From: a virus
Direction: 5' to 3' (one strand)
DNA length: 64,000 nucleotides
Virus record (IMG/VR): IMGVR_UViG_3300008952_001422
Location: 1 to 64,000 of that record
Positions 38,937 through 49,212 of this stretch are shown here, piece after piece. The notes beneath the pieces are model-generated. The model was not told the origin of the DNA, did not search any database, and saw nothing but the letters and a program-made list of their open reading frames with translations. Both the position numbers and the translations under genes were made by a program. The stretch's first letter is position 1; the number at the start of each line of letters is the position of its first letter.

Positions 38937-41900
38937 ATGAGTATAAACGCACAACCATTTCAACCACAATTTAAACTTATTGGCAATTTAGCAGAAGACC
39001 AAGTACTAGTATACGATACTAGTGAAGGCGCATTTGTCAATTCAACTGCATCGGGTGGAAGTGGAGCATCTGGATATGATGCAGTCGCAAACATGGGAAC
39101 AGGAACTGCGTTATATTTTGGTGATGCAGGTACGACACTCCAACTTAAAACAATAATTGGTGGCACTGATATTACCATTACTGACAATGGTTCAGGCGGA
39201 TTAATAGTAGCATCAACTTCAACAGACACAGTCCAAGATGGTACTAACTTAGGGTCTGGCACAGGAATATTCGATTCTAAAGATGGCACAACACATGCTC
39301 TAAAATTTAAGAGTTTGGCAGTAGGTGCTGGTCTTACATTAACAGATGACGGTGCAGGCACATTAACACTTGTTAATACAAATGCCGCAGGCACAACAGA
39401 CGCAGATTTAACACTAAGTAACTTATCAGATAACGCAACAGCAAGAACAAACTTAGGTGTATATTCTAAAACAGAATCAGATTCTATGTATCATAAACAT
39501 GATGATGCATTTGTTCCGTCAGCAAATAATGTTCATGATATTGGTTCACCAACATTAAAATATAATGATATCTATGCTGAAACATTCCAAGGTACGGCTG
39601 TATTAGCAGACCAATTAACAATTTCAGGTACAAGTGGTCAAGTTCTAACTCATAATGGAACTGAATGGGTAGCAGGCGCTGGTAGTTCAATATTATCATC
39701 AGCATCAGATGTTTCAAATATTGCACCGGGAGATGGACAACATTTAGTTTGGAACGCAACAACTAATTTATGGACACCTTCTTCTGCAGGTGCAGGCGGT
39801 GGTGGATATCAAGATTCAGATGCAAGAAATGCCATTTCAGTTTCAGGTGATTTATCTTATAATGCAACAACGGGTGTTATATCATACACAACTCCAACTG
39901 ACACAGATACAACTTATACAGCAGGCACAGGATTAACATTAGTCGGTACAGTATTTTCAAATACGGCTCCTGACCAAACAGTAGCATTAACTGGTTCTGG
40001 TGCAACAACAATTACAGGAACATATCCTAACTTTACTATTTCTAGTACAGATACAGACACTAATACAACATATACTAATGTATCTGAGTTTACAAATGAT
40101 AGTGGTTACTTAACTTCAGTTCCAGCACAAGCATGGAGTACAATAACAGGTACACCTACAACAATCGCTGGATACGGAATTACAGATGCGTTTGATTCGA
40201 GTAGTGCTTTTCCATATTCTAATTTAACAGGTACTCCTACAATACCAACTAAAGTAAGTGACTTGACAAATGATTCAGGTTTCATATCAAGTGTTCCAGC
40301 ACAATCATTCGCTTCTCTTACAGGAAAGCCAACAACACTCGCTGGATACGGAATTACAGATGCATTTGACGGTGCATTTACTTCATTATCTGGTGTTGCT
40401 TCAGCAGGTGCAAGTGAAGACAACATGGTTCTATATTATGACCACGCAACAACTTCATTCAAATGGAAAACAGATGCAAGTACACCAGCAGGATACAACA
40501 ATGCAAATTGGGACACAGCATTTGGCTGGGGTGACCACTCAACGCAAGGATATCTAACTTCAACAACTGCTCATTATACTGACAGTGATGTTGATACACA
40601 CTTAAATGTAAGTGGTGCAACTAATGACCAAATGTTAAAATGGACAGGCACTGATTATGCTTGGGTAACATCTACTGATACAGATACAACATATACAGCA
40701 GGTACAAATGTAACTATAAGTGGTTCTAACGTTATATCAGCAACAGATACTAATACAACATATGTAAGTTCAGACTTCACACACGATGACTTGACTGGTT
40801 ATGTACCAGCCGAACATATTGATTGGACAACAAACCAAGGTGCAACTAATATACATGTAGACAACTATATTAACACAACATACTCTAACTTATCTGAATT
40901 TTCAAACGACAGTGGATATATTACAAGTGTTGGAGTATTAAGTTCACATACAGACGTTCATACATCAGCACCATCAAATGGAGACGTTCTTAAATGGGAT
41001 GCTGGAAACAGTAGATGGGCACCACAATCAGATGCAGTTGGAAGTGTAACAGCAACTAGTACAACAACATTTACAAATAAATCAGGTAACATTAGTCAAT
41101 GGACTAACGATGCAGGATATTTAACATCAGAAACAGATTCACAAACATTATCACTTACTGGTACAACATTAGCAATAACAGGCGGAAATAACGTAGACCT
41201 TTCTGCATTAACGATTGATGATTTTGCAGATGTAAATATTACATCAGTAGCAGATAATCAATTCTTAAAGTATGACAATGGAAGTGGCGAATGGAGAAAT
41301 GAAACAGTAACAATTCCTACACTTACAAGTCAATTAACAAACGATGCAGGTTTTATAACTTCAGCAGGCACATATAATAACAGTGATGTTGATACACATT
41401 TAAATCAATCAAATCCAACAAGTGGTTTTGTATTAAGTTGGAATGGTTCAGATTATGCTTGGGTATCAAATGGTGCCGCAGGCGCACATTTCGATGGACA
41501 ATTTAGTTCACTAACAGGAACGCCAACTACAATCGCAGGATATGGAATTACAGATGCATTTGATGGAGCATATGGCTCATTAACAGGCGCCCCTACATTA
41601 TATACTGATGCAGACGCAAGAGCCGCCATTTCAGGAACAACAGGATTATCATATAATAGCACAACAGGTGTAATGACACTTAATGCTTCAGTTGGTGATT
41701 TACTAAATGTAAGTTCTACTGCACCAAGTTCAGGACAAGTTTTAAAATGGTCTGGTTCAGAATGGGCTCCAGCCGCAGATACAGATACAGATACAGTTTA
41801 CACAACTTTCAACACAGATTTTGATACAAGATTAGCAACTAAAACAACTGCTGATTTATCCGAACTTACGAACAAATACTTTACAGACGATAGAGCAAGA

Positions 41901-43544
41901 CAAGCCATATCAGCAACTGGTGATATTTCTTATAACTCAACGACTGGTGTTATATCATATACAGCATCTCATTATACCGACAGTGATGTAGATACACACT
42001 TAAATAAAGCATCAGCAGGAACAGGAGAAATATTAAGTTGGAATGGAAGTGATTACGACTGGATTGCGAATGCAGGAACTCCAGCATGGTCAGCCATAAC
42101 AGGTAAACCAACAACGATTGCAGGTTTTGGAATAACAGATGCATTTGATGGAGCATTTGCTTCATTAAGTGGCAAGCCAACAACGATTGCAGGTTACGGA
42201 ATAACAGATGCATTTGATGGAGCATATGGCTCATTAACAGGCGCACCTACTATTCCTTCAGGTAATCAAATTATAGATTGGACGCAATCAGGTGCAGGAA
42301 CTATTCATGCTAGTAATTACACAGATACAGTTTATGCTAACAGTGATGTTGACTCTCATCTAAATCAAAGTAATCCAACAAGTGGATATGTTCTTTCTTG
42401 GAACGGTTCAGATTATGCTTGGGTGGCACAATCAGGCGGTGGCGGTGGTGCTACTGACAAGATTGAAGAAGGTGACTCTAGTGTAGAAGTAATAGACGGT
42501 GGTGCAAATGGCCATATTATGTTTGAGACTCAGAACACTAACAGATGGCAAATTACTAATCAAGGTCACATTCATCCAGAAACAAATGATGCATTTGATA
42601 TAGGTAGTGCAACTAAAAAAGTAAGAGATTTATATCTAGGTAGCAATTCATTATATATTGACACCAACACTATTCATACTTCAGGAACTAACTTATTGTT
42701 CAACGATGAAGATGTAATGGATTATACTAATCTTAAGAACAAACCAACTATTCCATCACAAAATACAGGTGGTACAGGCATTCAAGTTAATTCAGGTGTT
42801 GTTTCATTAAATGCAAATTTATCAGATTTATTAAACGTTCACACAACTGCACCAACAGACGGACAAGTACTTAAATGGGATAACTCAAATAGTAGATGGG
42901 AACCAGGCGCGGCAGGCGGAACTCTAGCAATGAACGATTTAACAGATGTTGATACATCTGGAATTTCAACAGGACAATATCTAAAATGGGATGGCTCAAA
43001 CTTTGTTGCATCAACAGTTTCAGGTGGTGGTGCGTCAGCAATAGACGATTTATCAGATGTAGATACGACTACAAGTGCGCCTAACAATGGTGATGTTCTA
43101 ACATGGGTTACAGCAGACAGTGAATGGGCTCCAGCCGCACCTTCAGGTGGCGGTGGTGGAGGTGCCTCAGTACAATATTTCAAACTAAATTATGCAACAA
43201 ATGGAAATTTAACATCAATTACAAATGCTACATCAGGAGTTAGTGCAACAATTTTATCAGCAACTGGCGGTGATGTAGAAGTAACATTCAGTGGTGCTAG
43301 TTATCCACCATCCAGCATACTAATTTATGGTTATTCTTATGGAACAAATGAATATGTAATCATGCCTCTAAACAAAGATATCGGAACTCGTAAAATTTCA
43401 GGTGGTGGTACTGCTGGTAGTCCAACAGCATTCGGTAGTTTCTCGGCAGAGGAATTAACTCTAAAACTTAGAGAGGCAGATACGGGTTCTTCAAGGAGTT
43501 TCGGAACAACAACACATGCTTGGATTATGTTCACAATGGTATAA
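38937..43544 (+). CDS. Long tail-fibre-like protein with internal repeats
   Basis: 1535 aa, G/T/S-rich; repeated L.DV...P..GQVLKW, PTTIAGYGITDAFD and SDVDTHLN units. Confidence 0.75.
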   Translation: MSINAQPFQPQFKLIGNLAEDQVLVYDTSEGAFVNSTASGGSGASGYDAVANMGTGTALYFGDAGTTLQLKTIIGGTDITITDNGSGGLIVASTSTDTVQDGTNLGSGTGIFDSKDGTTHALKFKSLAVGAGLTLTDDGAGTLTLVNTNAAGTTDADLTLSNLSDNATARTNLGVYSKTESDSMYHKHDDAFVPSANNVHDIGSPTLKYNDIYAETFQGTAVLADQLTISGTSGQVLTHNGTEWVAGAGSSILSSASDVSNIAPGDGQHLVWNATTNLWTPSSAGAGGGGYQDSDARNAISVSGDLSYNATTGVISYTTPTDTDTTYTAGTGLTLVGTVFSNTAPDQTVALTGSGATTITGTYPNFTISSTDTDTNTTYTNVSEFTNDSGYLTSVPAQAWSTITGTPTTIAGYGITDAFDSSSAFPYSNLTGTPTIPTKVSDLTNDSGFISSVPAQSFASLTGKPTTLAGYGITDAFDGAFTSLSGVASAGASEDNMVLYYDHATTSFKWKTDASTPAGYNNANWDTAFGWGDHSTQGYLTSTTAHYTDSDVDTHLNVSGATNDQMLKWTGTDYAWVTSTDTDTTYTAGTNVTISGSNVISATDTNTTYVSSDFTHDDLTGYVPAEHIDWTTNQGATNIHVDNYINTTYSNLSEFSNDSGYITSVGVLSSHTDVHTSAPSNGDVLKWDAGNSRWAPQSDAVGSVTATSTTTFTNKSGNISQWTNDAGYLTSETDSQTLSLTGTTLAITGGNNVDLSALTIDDFADVNITSVADNQFLKYDNGSGEWRNETVTIPTLTSQLTNDAGFITSAGTYNNSDVDTHLNQSNPTSGFVLSWNGSDYAWVSNGAAGAHFDGQFSSLTGTPTTIAGYGITDAFDGAYGSLTGAPTLYTDADARAAISGTTGLSYNSTTGVMTLNASVGDLLNVSSTAPSSGQVLKWSGSEWAPAADTDTDTVYTTFNTDFDTRLATKTTADLSELTNKYFTDDRARQAISATGDISYNSTTGVISYTASHYTDSDVDTHLNKASAGTGEILSWNGSDYDWIANAGTPAWSAITGKPTTIAGFGITDAFDGAFASLSGKPTTIAGYGITDAFDGAYGSLTGAPTIPSGNQIIDWTQSGAGTIHASNYTDTVYANSDVDSHLNQSNPTSGYVLSWNGSDYAWVAQSGGGGGATDKIEEGDSSVEVIDGGANGHIMFETQNTNRWQITNQGHIHPETNDAFDIGSATKKVRDLYLGSNSLYIDTNTIHTSGTNLLFNDEDVMDYTNLKNKPTIPSQNTGGTGIQVNSGVVSLNANLSDLLNVHTTAPTDGQVLKWDNSNSRWEPGAAGGTLAMNDLTDVDTSGISTGQYLKWDGSNFVASTVSGGGASAIDDLSDVDTTTSAPNNGDVLTWVTADSEWAPAAPSGGGGGGASVQYFKLNYATNGNLTSITNATSGVSATILSATGGDVEVTFSGASYPPSSILIYGYSYGTNEYVIMPLNKDIGTRKISGGGTAGSPTAFGSFSAEELTLKLREADTGSSRSFGTTTHAWIMFTMV
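40140..42430 (+). repeat. Dispersed and tandem intragenic repeats
   Basis: Five copies of PTT(I/L)AG(Y/F)GITDAFD and four of SDVD(T/S)HLN...W; adjacent near-identical DNA copies at about 42100-42240. Confidence 0.85.
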
Positions 43545-43555
43545 AGGACTAAGTA

Positions 43556-45583
43556 ATGGCAATCAACAAGACAAGTGCAATAGATTTAAATGTCCCGGCA
43601 AAAGTTCTACCAGTTTCGGTAACTTCACAAACAAGTGACGAGCAATGGGCCTATGACGATGGATTAGGTGACACTTGGTGGTCTGGTGGTTCAAATCCAA
43701 AATCATTTAGATGGGAACTTACTATGACTGTTACTGCTGTCAATCATGGTTCACACTTAACAAGAACTCCTAAAAAATTCGATGGCTTTGATGTTGTTGT
43801 AGGCGATTATATCGCTGGTGCAACTGATGGTCGTGCTTTACAGATTGTTAGTATTTCATCAAAATCGGCAACGACCGTTGTATGTAAAGTTGAAGATAGA
43901 TTAAGATATAATACATTTAGAAGTGCCTCAGGTTCTGGCTTATTTACAGTTCCAGGTGCGGCAGTTATATTTCAGATTAATGAAAATGGTCATCCAATGA
44001 TTGACCCATTACCAGCAGGTATTGTATCAAGTGACTTCTATGCTAACGTATCTTCTCGTTTTCAATACTTAAATCCTCAAATGAACTATATGCTAGAAAA
44101 AACTGCACATGGTTTTGAGCAGGGAGATGTAGTTGCAATGGACCATACTACTAACGTGTTTGAATTAGCAGATGCGGCCAATATTGAAAGATTAGTGGGC
44201 ACAGTAACACATGCTGGTCCAGGTCCAAACAAATTCTTATTAAGACCAGCAAATGGAATCGTTGATTTCGTTCCTGGTTTGCCAGGTAACCCAGGTGATT
44301 TCATTTATCCCAAAACAGACAGTTCTGGTGATTTAACTTTAACAAATACTGGTGTTGCTATATTCTTAAAATTAACAAATGCTGTTCCTAGTGAAGCAAG
44401 AGGTACTGTTACAAATGGTGCCTGTTCTGCGGCAGATAAATTAGAAATTAATGACACAGATGTGTTGTTCACAACAAACTCTGGTGGCGTTGTTTCTATA
44501 AACAATGCAGTAACAGATATTAACGCATTAACATCTACACATGGCGTAGTAGCATCTTCAACTCCAGCACCAAATACAATTACAAGTGATGCAGGAACTT
44601 ATGGTTCTGCTTACGGTCTTGTTGGTGGTTTCGTACCATTTAGTGCAAGTATTAATGGAACAACAGTAAACTTCTCAACTACAACAGCAGGTCAGGCACA
44701 ATATGGCATGGCTGTTGCTATTGCAGAAGATATGGCTGGTGATATTAATGCGACAAGTATTGCCAATGTCACAGCAACTCATTCAAGTGGTAATTTAATA
44801 ATTACACACTCACAAGGTAATGCATTTACTATTGTAAATGGAACATCAGATAGTAACGGTAATGATTTTGCTGGTAATAATTCTATCGCATCATTAGGTA
44901 CATCATACTCTGCGGCATCTGGTGCAACTCTTAAACTGACACGTGCTGATGGTGGTGAAATTATTATATACGACAAAGTAGGAACTCCAACAATAGACTT
45001 TGGCATTATGTCAGGTCACTCTGGTTCGTATTCTCTAGGTTTAAATGTTGAAAAAGGTATTCGTAGTGGTGGAGGTATTACAGTTTTGGCTGATATGGCT
45101 GCCAGAAATGCAATGACTCCTCTTACTGGTGACCAAGCACACGTATTAGACACAGGCGAGGGTGAATGGGGACTATATCTATATTCAGGTTCTGCTTGGA
45201 CATTGATTGCGAACGAAGATAGTGCGGCAACAGATGCCAACTCATTATCACACACATTTACTACTCCAGTCGGTGGATTTGGTAACACATCAACAATCAC
45301 ACTTGGTAGAGTTAGTAGCAATTCACGAATAATGAGTGTTCTTGTAGAATGTACAACTGTTTTAGCAGGATATTCAGGTGGAACACCATCGTTAATAGTA
45401 GGCGTTCAATCAGATACAGATAGATTTATGTCTGATGTTGAAAATGACTTAGAATCAACTGGTTCATACATAACAAATCCTGATTATCATTATGGTGGCA
45501 CTGCCGAACTAGAAATTAAGTGTTCATTAGCACATTATGGTGCAACTACTGGTGATGTAAAAGTCACAGTAACCTACGTATAA
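43556..45583 (+). CDS. Putative virion structural (tail/baseplate-associated) protein
   Basis: 675 aa, beta-rich, G/T/S-rich; follows fibre gene. Confidence 0.6.
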   Translation: MAINKTSAIDLNVPAKVLPVSVTSQTSDEQWAYDDGLGDTWWSGGSNPKSFRWELTMTVTAVNHGSHLTRTPKKFDGFDVVVGDYIAGATDGRALQIVSISSKSATTVVCKVEDRLRYNTFRSASGSGLFTVPGAAVIFQINENGHPMIDPLPAGIVSSDFYANVSSRFQYLNPQMNYMLEKTAHGFEQGDVVAMDHTTNVFELADAANIERLVGTVTHAGPGPNKFLLRPANGIVDFVPGLPGNPGDFIYPKTDSSGDLTLTNTGVAIFLKLTNAVPSEARGTVTNGACSAADKLEINDTDVLFTTNSGGVVSINNAVTDINALTSTHGVVASSTPAPNTITSDAGTYGSAYGLVGGFVPFSASINGTTVNFSTTTAGQAQYGMAVAIAEDMAGDINATSIANVTATHSSGNLIITHSQGNAFTIVNGTSDSNGNDFAGNNSIASLGTSYSAASGATLKLTRADGGEIIIYDKVGTPTIDFGIMSGHSGSYSLGLNVEKGIRSGGGITVLADMAARNAMTPLTGDQAHVLDTGEGEWGLYLYSGSAWTLIANEDSAATDANSLSHTFTTPVGGFGNTSTITLGRVSSNSRIMSVLVECTTVLAGYSGGTPSLIVGVQSDTDRFMSDVENDLESTGSYITNPDYHYGGTAELEIKCSLAHYGATTGDVKVTVTYV

Positions 45584-45678
45584 TCCAATCTCCCCAATAA
45601 TTGCAATAGTCCATTTCATTCCGGACTAAAATATTCACTTTTTTAAAAGATAAATACATATAGAATCGTAACAGAGAT

Positions 45679-45987
45679 ATGAATATGACAAAGAAAACAA
45701 CAAATTGGATTTGGTTAGCACCAGAATATTTCAGCAGATGGAGACTATTTCCTAGAGCATTCATCTCTATGTACATCTATTTGTTATATGATGTAACGCA
45801 TTGGTTCATGTTGTTGCCCGAGCCAAACTCACAACAAGCAGGATTAGTATCAGTTTTAGTAGGTTCAGGCGCGGCATGGTTTGGATTATATGTAAATTCA
45901 AATTCTACTAAGTATGAAACACTTGAAGCGACCAGTACAACTGTAAAAATGGAAGATAAAAGAGATAAAAAGAAAAAAGATGAATAA
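45679..45987 (+). CDS. Two-TM membrane protein (holin-like)
   Basis: Two TMs and a basic tail; late motif at 45649. Confidence 0.5.
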   Translation: MNMTKKTTNWIWLAPEYFSRWRLFPRAFISMYIYLLYDVTHWFMLLPEPNSQQAGLVSVLVGSGAAWFGLYVNSNSTKYETLEATSTTVKMEDKRDKKKKDE

Positions 45988-46465
45988 AAGTAACTTCAAA
46001 TATCATATTAGACTGAAAATGGCTAGCGAACTAGAGAAATCGGATATTAGCGGTATCATTACCGTTCTTAAAAAAGCAATAGTGAACATATTTCAACCAC
46101 TAGAAGATGGAACAGCAGTGATATATCACATGGGTGATGAGGCGATGAACTCACATATCTACGATTTTAGACTAAATCGTGGAGTTACAGAAGCAGAAGC
46201 AGAAGTTATTTTAGGTCTAATCACAGATTGGACTGATAAAGATTTTATTATGGAGATAACAACCAGCGAAAATTATGAAGAATTTGGTGAATTTGATGAT
46301 GAAATAGACTTAACTTCAATGAAACATAACAGGTGGATGGCAGACAAAATCGACAAAGGATGGAGATATGGTCTAAAATACAACAAAGAAGACAAAGTAG
46401 ACCCAAGATTACAGCCATATCAACAATTAACAAATAAGTTGAAAAATACTGACAAAACCACTTGA
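45980..46465 (+). CDS. RyR-domain-containing protein
   Basis: HNRWM..K...GWRYG......K.DP.L.PY..L. Confidence 0.75.
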   Translation: MNKSNFKYHIRLKMASELEKSDISGIITVLKKAIVNIFQPLEDGTAVIYHMGDEAMNSHIYDFRLNRGVTEAEAEVILGLITDWTDKDFIMEITTSENYEEFGEFDDEIDLTSMKHNRWMADKIDKGWRYGLKYNKEDKVDPRLQPYQQLTNKLKNTDKTT

Positions 46466-46490
46466 CTTATGGGTAGGAACATTGTATCAT
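46462..46490 (+). promoter_or_regulatory. Sigma70-type promoter
   Basis: TTGACT-N17-TATCAT. Confidence 0.6.
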
Positions 46491-46512
46491 ATAAGAACAA
46501 ATAGGTAAAATT

Positions 46513-47049
46513 ATGTCAGGAACAAAACGTTTATATAATCTAGAAGAAAAGAATTACTTCAAATTCTTTGGTGTGGAGGAGAAGCAAGGAACTAGTATCC
46601 GAAGCCTTTCTACGCATTATAAGAAGATTTTAAACATATTAAAAGATGACAATTCATTTATTGGTAGAGACCATAAAGAATTTGCTCATAGAGCCTTTAA
46701 TACGTTAGTAGACCCAATTCTAAGAGCAAGATACATCTTGGAAACTAATGGACATGAATGGGACTTTCGTGATGGTACAACGGCAGAAGATTTAAGTTTT
46801 ATTTCTGAATTAAGAATACAACTTGGTAGAGCAAATCAAAATTATGAACTTGAGAATTTCATTTTTGAATTGAAAGGACATACTACGTTTATCATAGAAC
46901 AAATTGAAGAAAGTATAGACACTTATAAGAATTATAAAACAGCAATTGGCTTAATTAACAGATTTTATGAGATATCTCATCTACATGAAGAGGCATCAAA
47001 TAAAAAACACGAGGTAGAAGAAGGAATACATCACGGTGTGTTTGACTAA
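46513..47049 (+). CDS. hscB: HscB-like co-chaperone lacking HPD
   Basis: NYF.FFG, AFNTL.DP..RA.Y.L motifs; adjacent to an A-type Fe-S carrier. Confidence 0.7.
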   Translation: MSGTKRLYNLEEKNYFKFFGVEEKQGTSIRSLSTHYKKILNILKDDNSFIGRDHKEFAHRAFNTLVDPILRARYILETNGHEWDFRDGTTAEDLSFISELRIQLGRANQNYELENFIFELKGHTTFIIEQIEESIDTYKNYKTAIGLINRFYEISHLHEEASNKKHEVEEGIHHGVFD

Positions 47050-47064
47050 TAAAAGAGAGGAAAT

Positions 47065-47385
47065 ATGATTTTTACAGAGAATGCGGCTGAACGAGTCAAA
47101 GAAATCATTACAGAAGATAAAGAAGATGTAAAAGCACTAAGAGTGTTTGTTCAAGGTGGCGGTTGTCATGGTTTTAGTTATGGATTTGGATTTGAAAATG
47201 ATATAGCAGGCGATGATACAGTCATTGAAACAAATAATGTAAAATTAGTAGTAGATAGTATGAGTATTATGTATCTAGCAGAAGCAACAATAGACTTTGT
47301 TCGCAGTCTTGAAGGCGAACGTTTCACAATAGATAACCCATCCTCAAGAACATCTTGTGGTTGTGGTTCAAGTTTTTCAATGTAA
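47065..47385 (+). CDS. erpA: A-type Fe-S cluster carrier (ErpA/IscA)
   Basis: LRVFVQGGGC.GF.Y and NP....SCGCGSSF motifs. Confidence 0.92.
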   Translation: MIFTENAAERVKEIITEDKEDVKALRVFVQGGGCHGFSYGFGFENDIAGDDTVIETNNVKLVVDSMSIMYLAEATIDFVRSLEGERFTIDNPSSRTSCGCGSSFSM

Positions 47386-47399
47386 AAGGAAATAATATA

Positions 47400-47636
47400 A
47401 TGTCAATAGCAGAAAATGTATTCGAGGTAGTATCAAGACAATTAAAATTTGAACTTAGTGACTTATCATTAGAAACTGATTTAAGAAAAGATTTAAATGC
47501 TGATAGCATTGATTCCGTTGAAGTAATCTTTGAACTAGAAGATTTATATAACATCACAATTGAAGATGAGGTTGCAGAAGAATTACAAACAATTGGTTCT
47601 ATTGTAGATGTTATCACCGAACTAACAAGCAAATAA
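47400..47636 (+). CDS. acpP: Acyl carrier protein
   Basis: DL.ADSIDSVE with attachment Ser; acidic; AAGGA RBS before ATG 47400. Confidence 0.88.
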   Translation: MSIAENVFEVVSRQLKFELSDLSLETDLRKDLNADSIDSVEVIFELEDLYNITIEDEVAEELQTIGSIVDVITELTSK

Positions 47637-47698
47637 CTCCGTTTTTTGCAAAAAACCCAACTTTTCACACAAATATAAGAAAATAAGCAAATATTTGC

Positions 47699-47728
47699 TT
47701 GACTTTCACATAAATACCGTGTTATAAT
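47699..47728 (+). promoter_or_regulatory. Sigma70-type promoter with nested late motif
   Basis: TTGACT-N18-TATAAT with CATAAATAC in the spacer. Confidence 0.7.
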
Positions 47729-47817
47729 TACAACTGTAGATTGAGGTTATCACCTTAGGGTGGTATGCTCGGTTTATTATTAAGTCTTAATAATTTAATT
47801 TTTTTATAAGGAGAACT

Positions 47818-48657
47818 ATGAACAAATTATTAAAAACAGCCATTGTGAGTACAGCATTGCTAACTGTACCTTATATCGCATTGGCGGATGAAACTGTAGC
47901 AGAAACATCAAATGTTTCCGTTACTGGTACATATGAAGGTACTGCGTCACACGATTTTGATGACCTTACTTATACCCAAAGTTTAGACCTTGTTATTGTC
48001 GGAACTTCTCCGGGTAATGGTAGTGTCACAGTTAAAGTTGATGAAACTGCAACTGTTGGTGACTTATACCTCGATACTGAAATACTTAATTTTGATGTTC
48101 GTCTTGGTAAGGTTGACAGCATAACTGGAATTGAAGTAGGAACAACTATCGCAGGTTTCACAGTATCGGCTCATCAAGCGTCTGGCGCCAATGGTGCAAC
48201 GACAATTGATGCTAGTACTGTAATGGGACCTCTTAACCTTTCAGGTGAAGATATTTTAGACGATGACCGCTTACTAAGTGCAGGAATGGATATTGCTGGT
48301 ATTGGTGTCGGTGGTTCATATCAAAACACAACGACAGGTACAAACACCATTCTTGATGCTGGTTTAGGCATACAAGGTTTTGACGTAGATGTCGCACATG
48401 CATCCATTGGTGATGCAAGTGTTACTAAAACTGGTGATAGCAAACATGCGTTACTAGGTACTATGACTAGTGCTACAAATGGCACAAATGTTAAAGGTGC
48501 TAAAGTATCATTAGGTGACCTTTCGGCTAAAGTTGTTAATTTAAATAGTAATAATACTTACACGTTATCGTTAGTTCGTGGCATTATGACATACTCTTAT
48601 GAGCATGTTTCAGGCGGCGATTCGACGGCTTCAGCAGGTATAAAACTTACGTTTTAA
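47818..48657 (+). CDS. Outer-membrane porin-like protein
   Basis: Signal peptide (ALA), amphipathic beta strands, C-terminal Phe (GIKLTF). Confidence 0.75.
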   Translation: MNKLLKTAIVSTALLTVPYIALADETVAETSNVSVTGTYEGTASHDFDDLTYTQSLDLVIVGTSPGNGSVTVKVDETATVGDLYLDTEILNFDVRLGKVDSITGIEVGTTIAGFTVSAHQASGANGATTIDASTVMGPLNLSGEDILDDDRLLSAGMDIAGIGVGGSYQNTTTGTNTILDAGLGIQGFDVDVAHASIGDASVTKTGDSKHALLGTMTSATNGTNVKGAKVSLGDLSAKVVNLNSNNTYTLSLVRGIMTYSYEHVSGGDSTASAGIKLTF

Positions 48658-48677
48658 ATTTTTACATCTCTAAGTTC

Positions 48678-48710
48678 AAAAAGCCTGTCTTAATGACGGG
48701 CTTTTTTGTT
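48678..48710 (+). terminator. Rho-independent terminator
   Basis: AAAAAGCCTGTC-TTAAT-GACGGGCTTTTTT. Confidence 0.85.
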
Positions 48711-48771
48711 CTGGCCACTTTGATAAATAGTTCTAGATAATTACATAATACAGACAGTGGGAGAGTTAACC

Positions 48772-49212
48772 ATGACTAAAACGTTTCTACAATGGTGGTT
48801 GTTTTTTGTACTCCAAATAATCATTCTAGGCGCCTCATATGTGTATAAACTACATTTATACATACTCAACAACGACCAGACTTATATCTGTTTCATTTTG
48901 ATAGGTATTTGGTTACTTACAAGTATGCGAATCGGATATAAGATGTACAAACATATTCGAACATCTAATGAAAAATTCTGGTTTATTGCAGAAAGTTGTA
49001 TGGCGATTGGTATGATGGGTACAGTTCTTGGTTTCATTCTTATGCTTGGCAGTAGCAACTTAGGTTCTATTGACCCATCAGATATAGAAGGTATGAAAAC
49101 CGTAATAGGACATTTAGCAAGTGGTATGTCCACGGCTCTATTGACTACCCTCACTGGTCTAATAGTTTCAGTTTCTTTACGCACTCAATTAATGATTGAG
49201 GAAGGTGAGTAA
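48772..49212 (+). CDS. MotA/TolQ/ExbB proton-channel family protein
   Basis: GMMGTVLGFI and GMSTALLTTLTGL helices. Confidence 0.85.
   Translation: MTKTFLQWWLFFVLQIIILGASYVYKLHLYILNNDQTYICFILIGIWLLTSMRIGYKMYKHIRTSNEKFWFIAESCMAIGMMGTVLGFILMLGSSNLGSIDPSDIEGMKTVIGHLASGMSTALLTTLTGLIVSVSLRTQLMIEEGE

Noticed and set aside
40140-42430. Repeats considered as a CRISPR array or DGR template/variable pair
   Set aside because: They are in-frame coding repeats with no spacer periodicity; differences are not obviously adenine-specific; no reverse transcriptase or cas gene in the window
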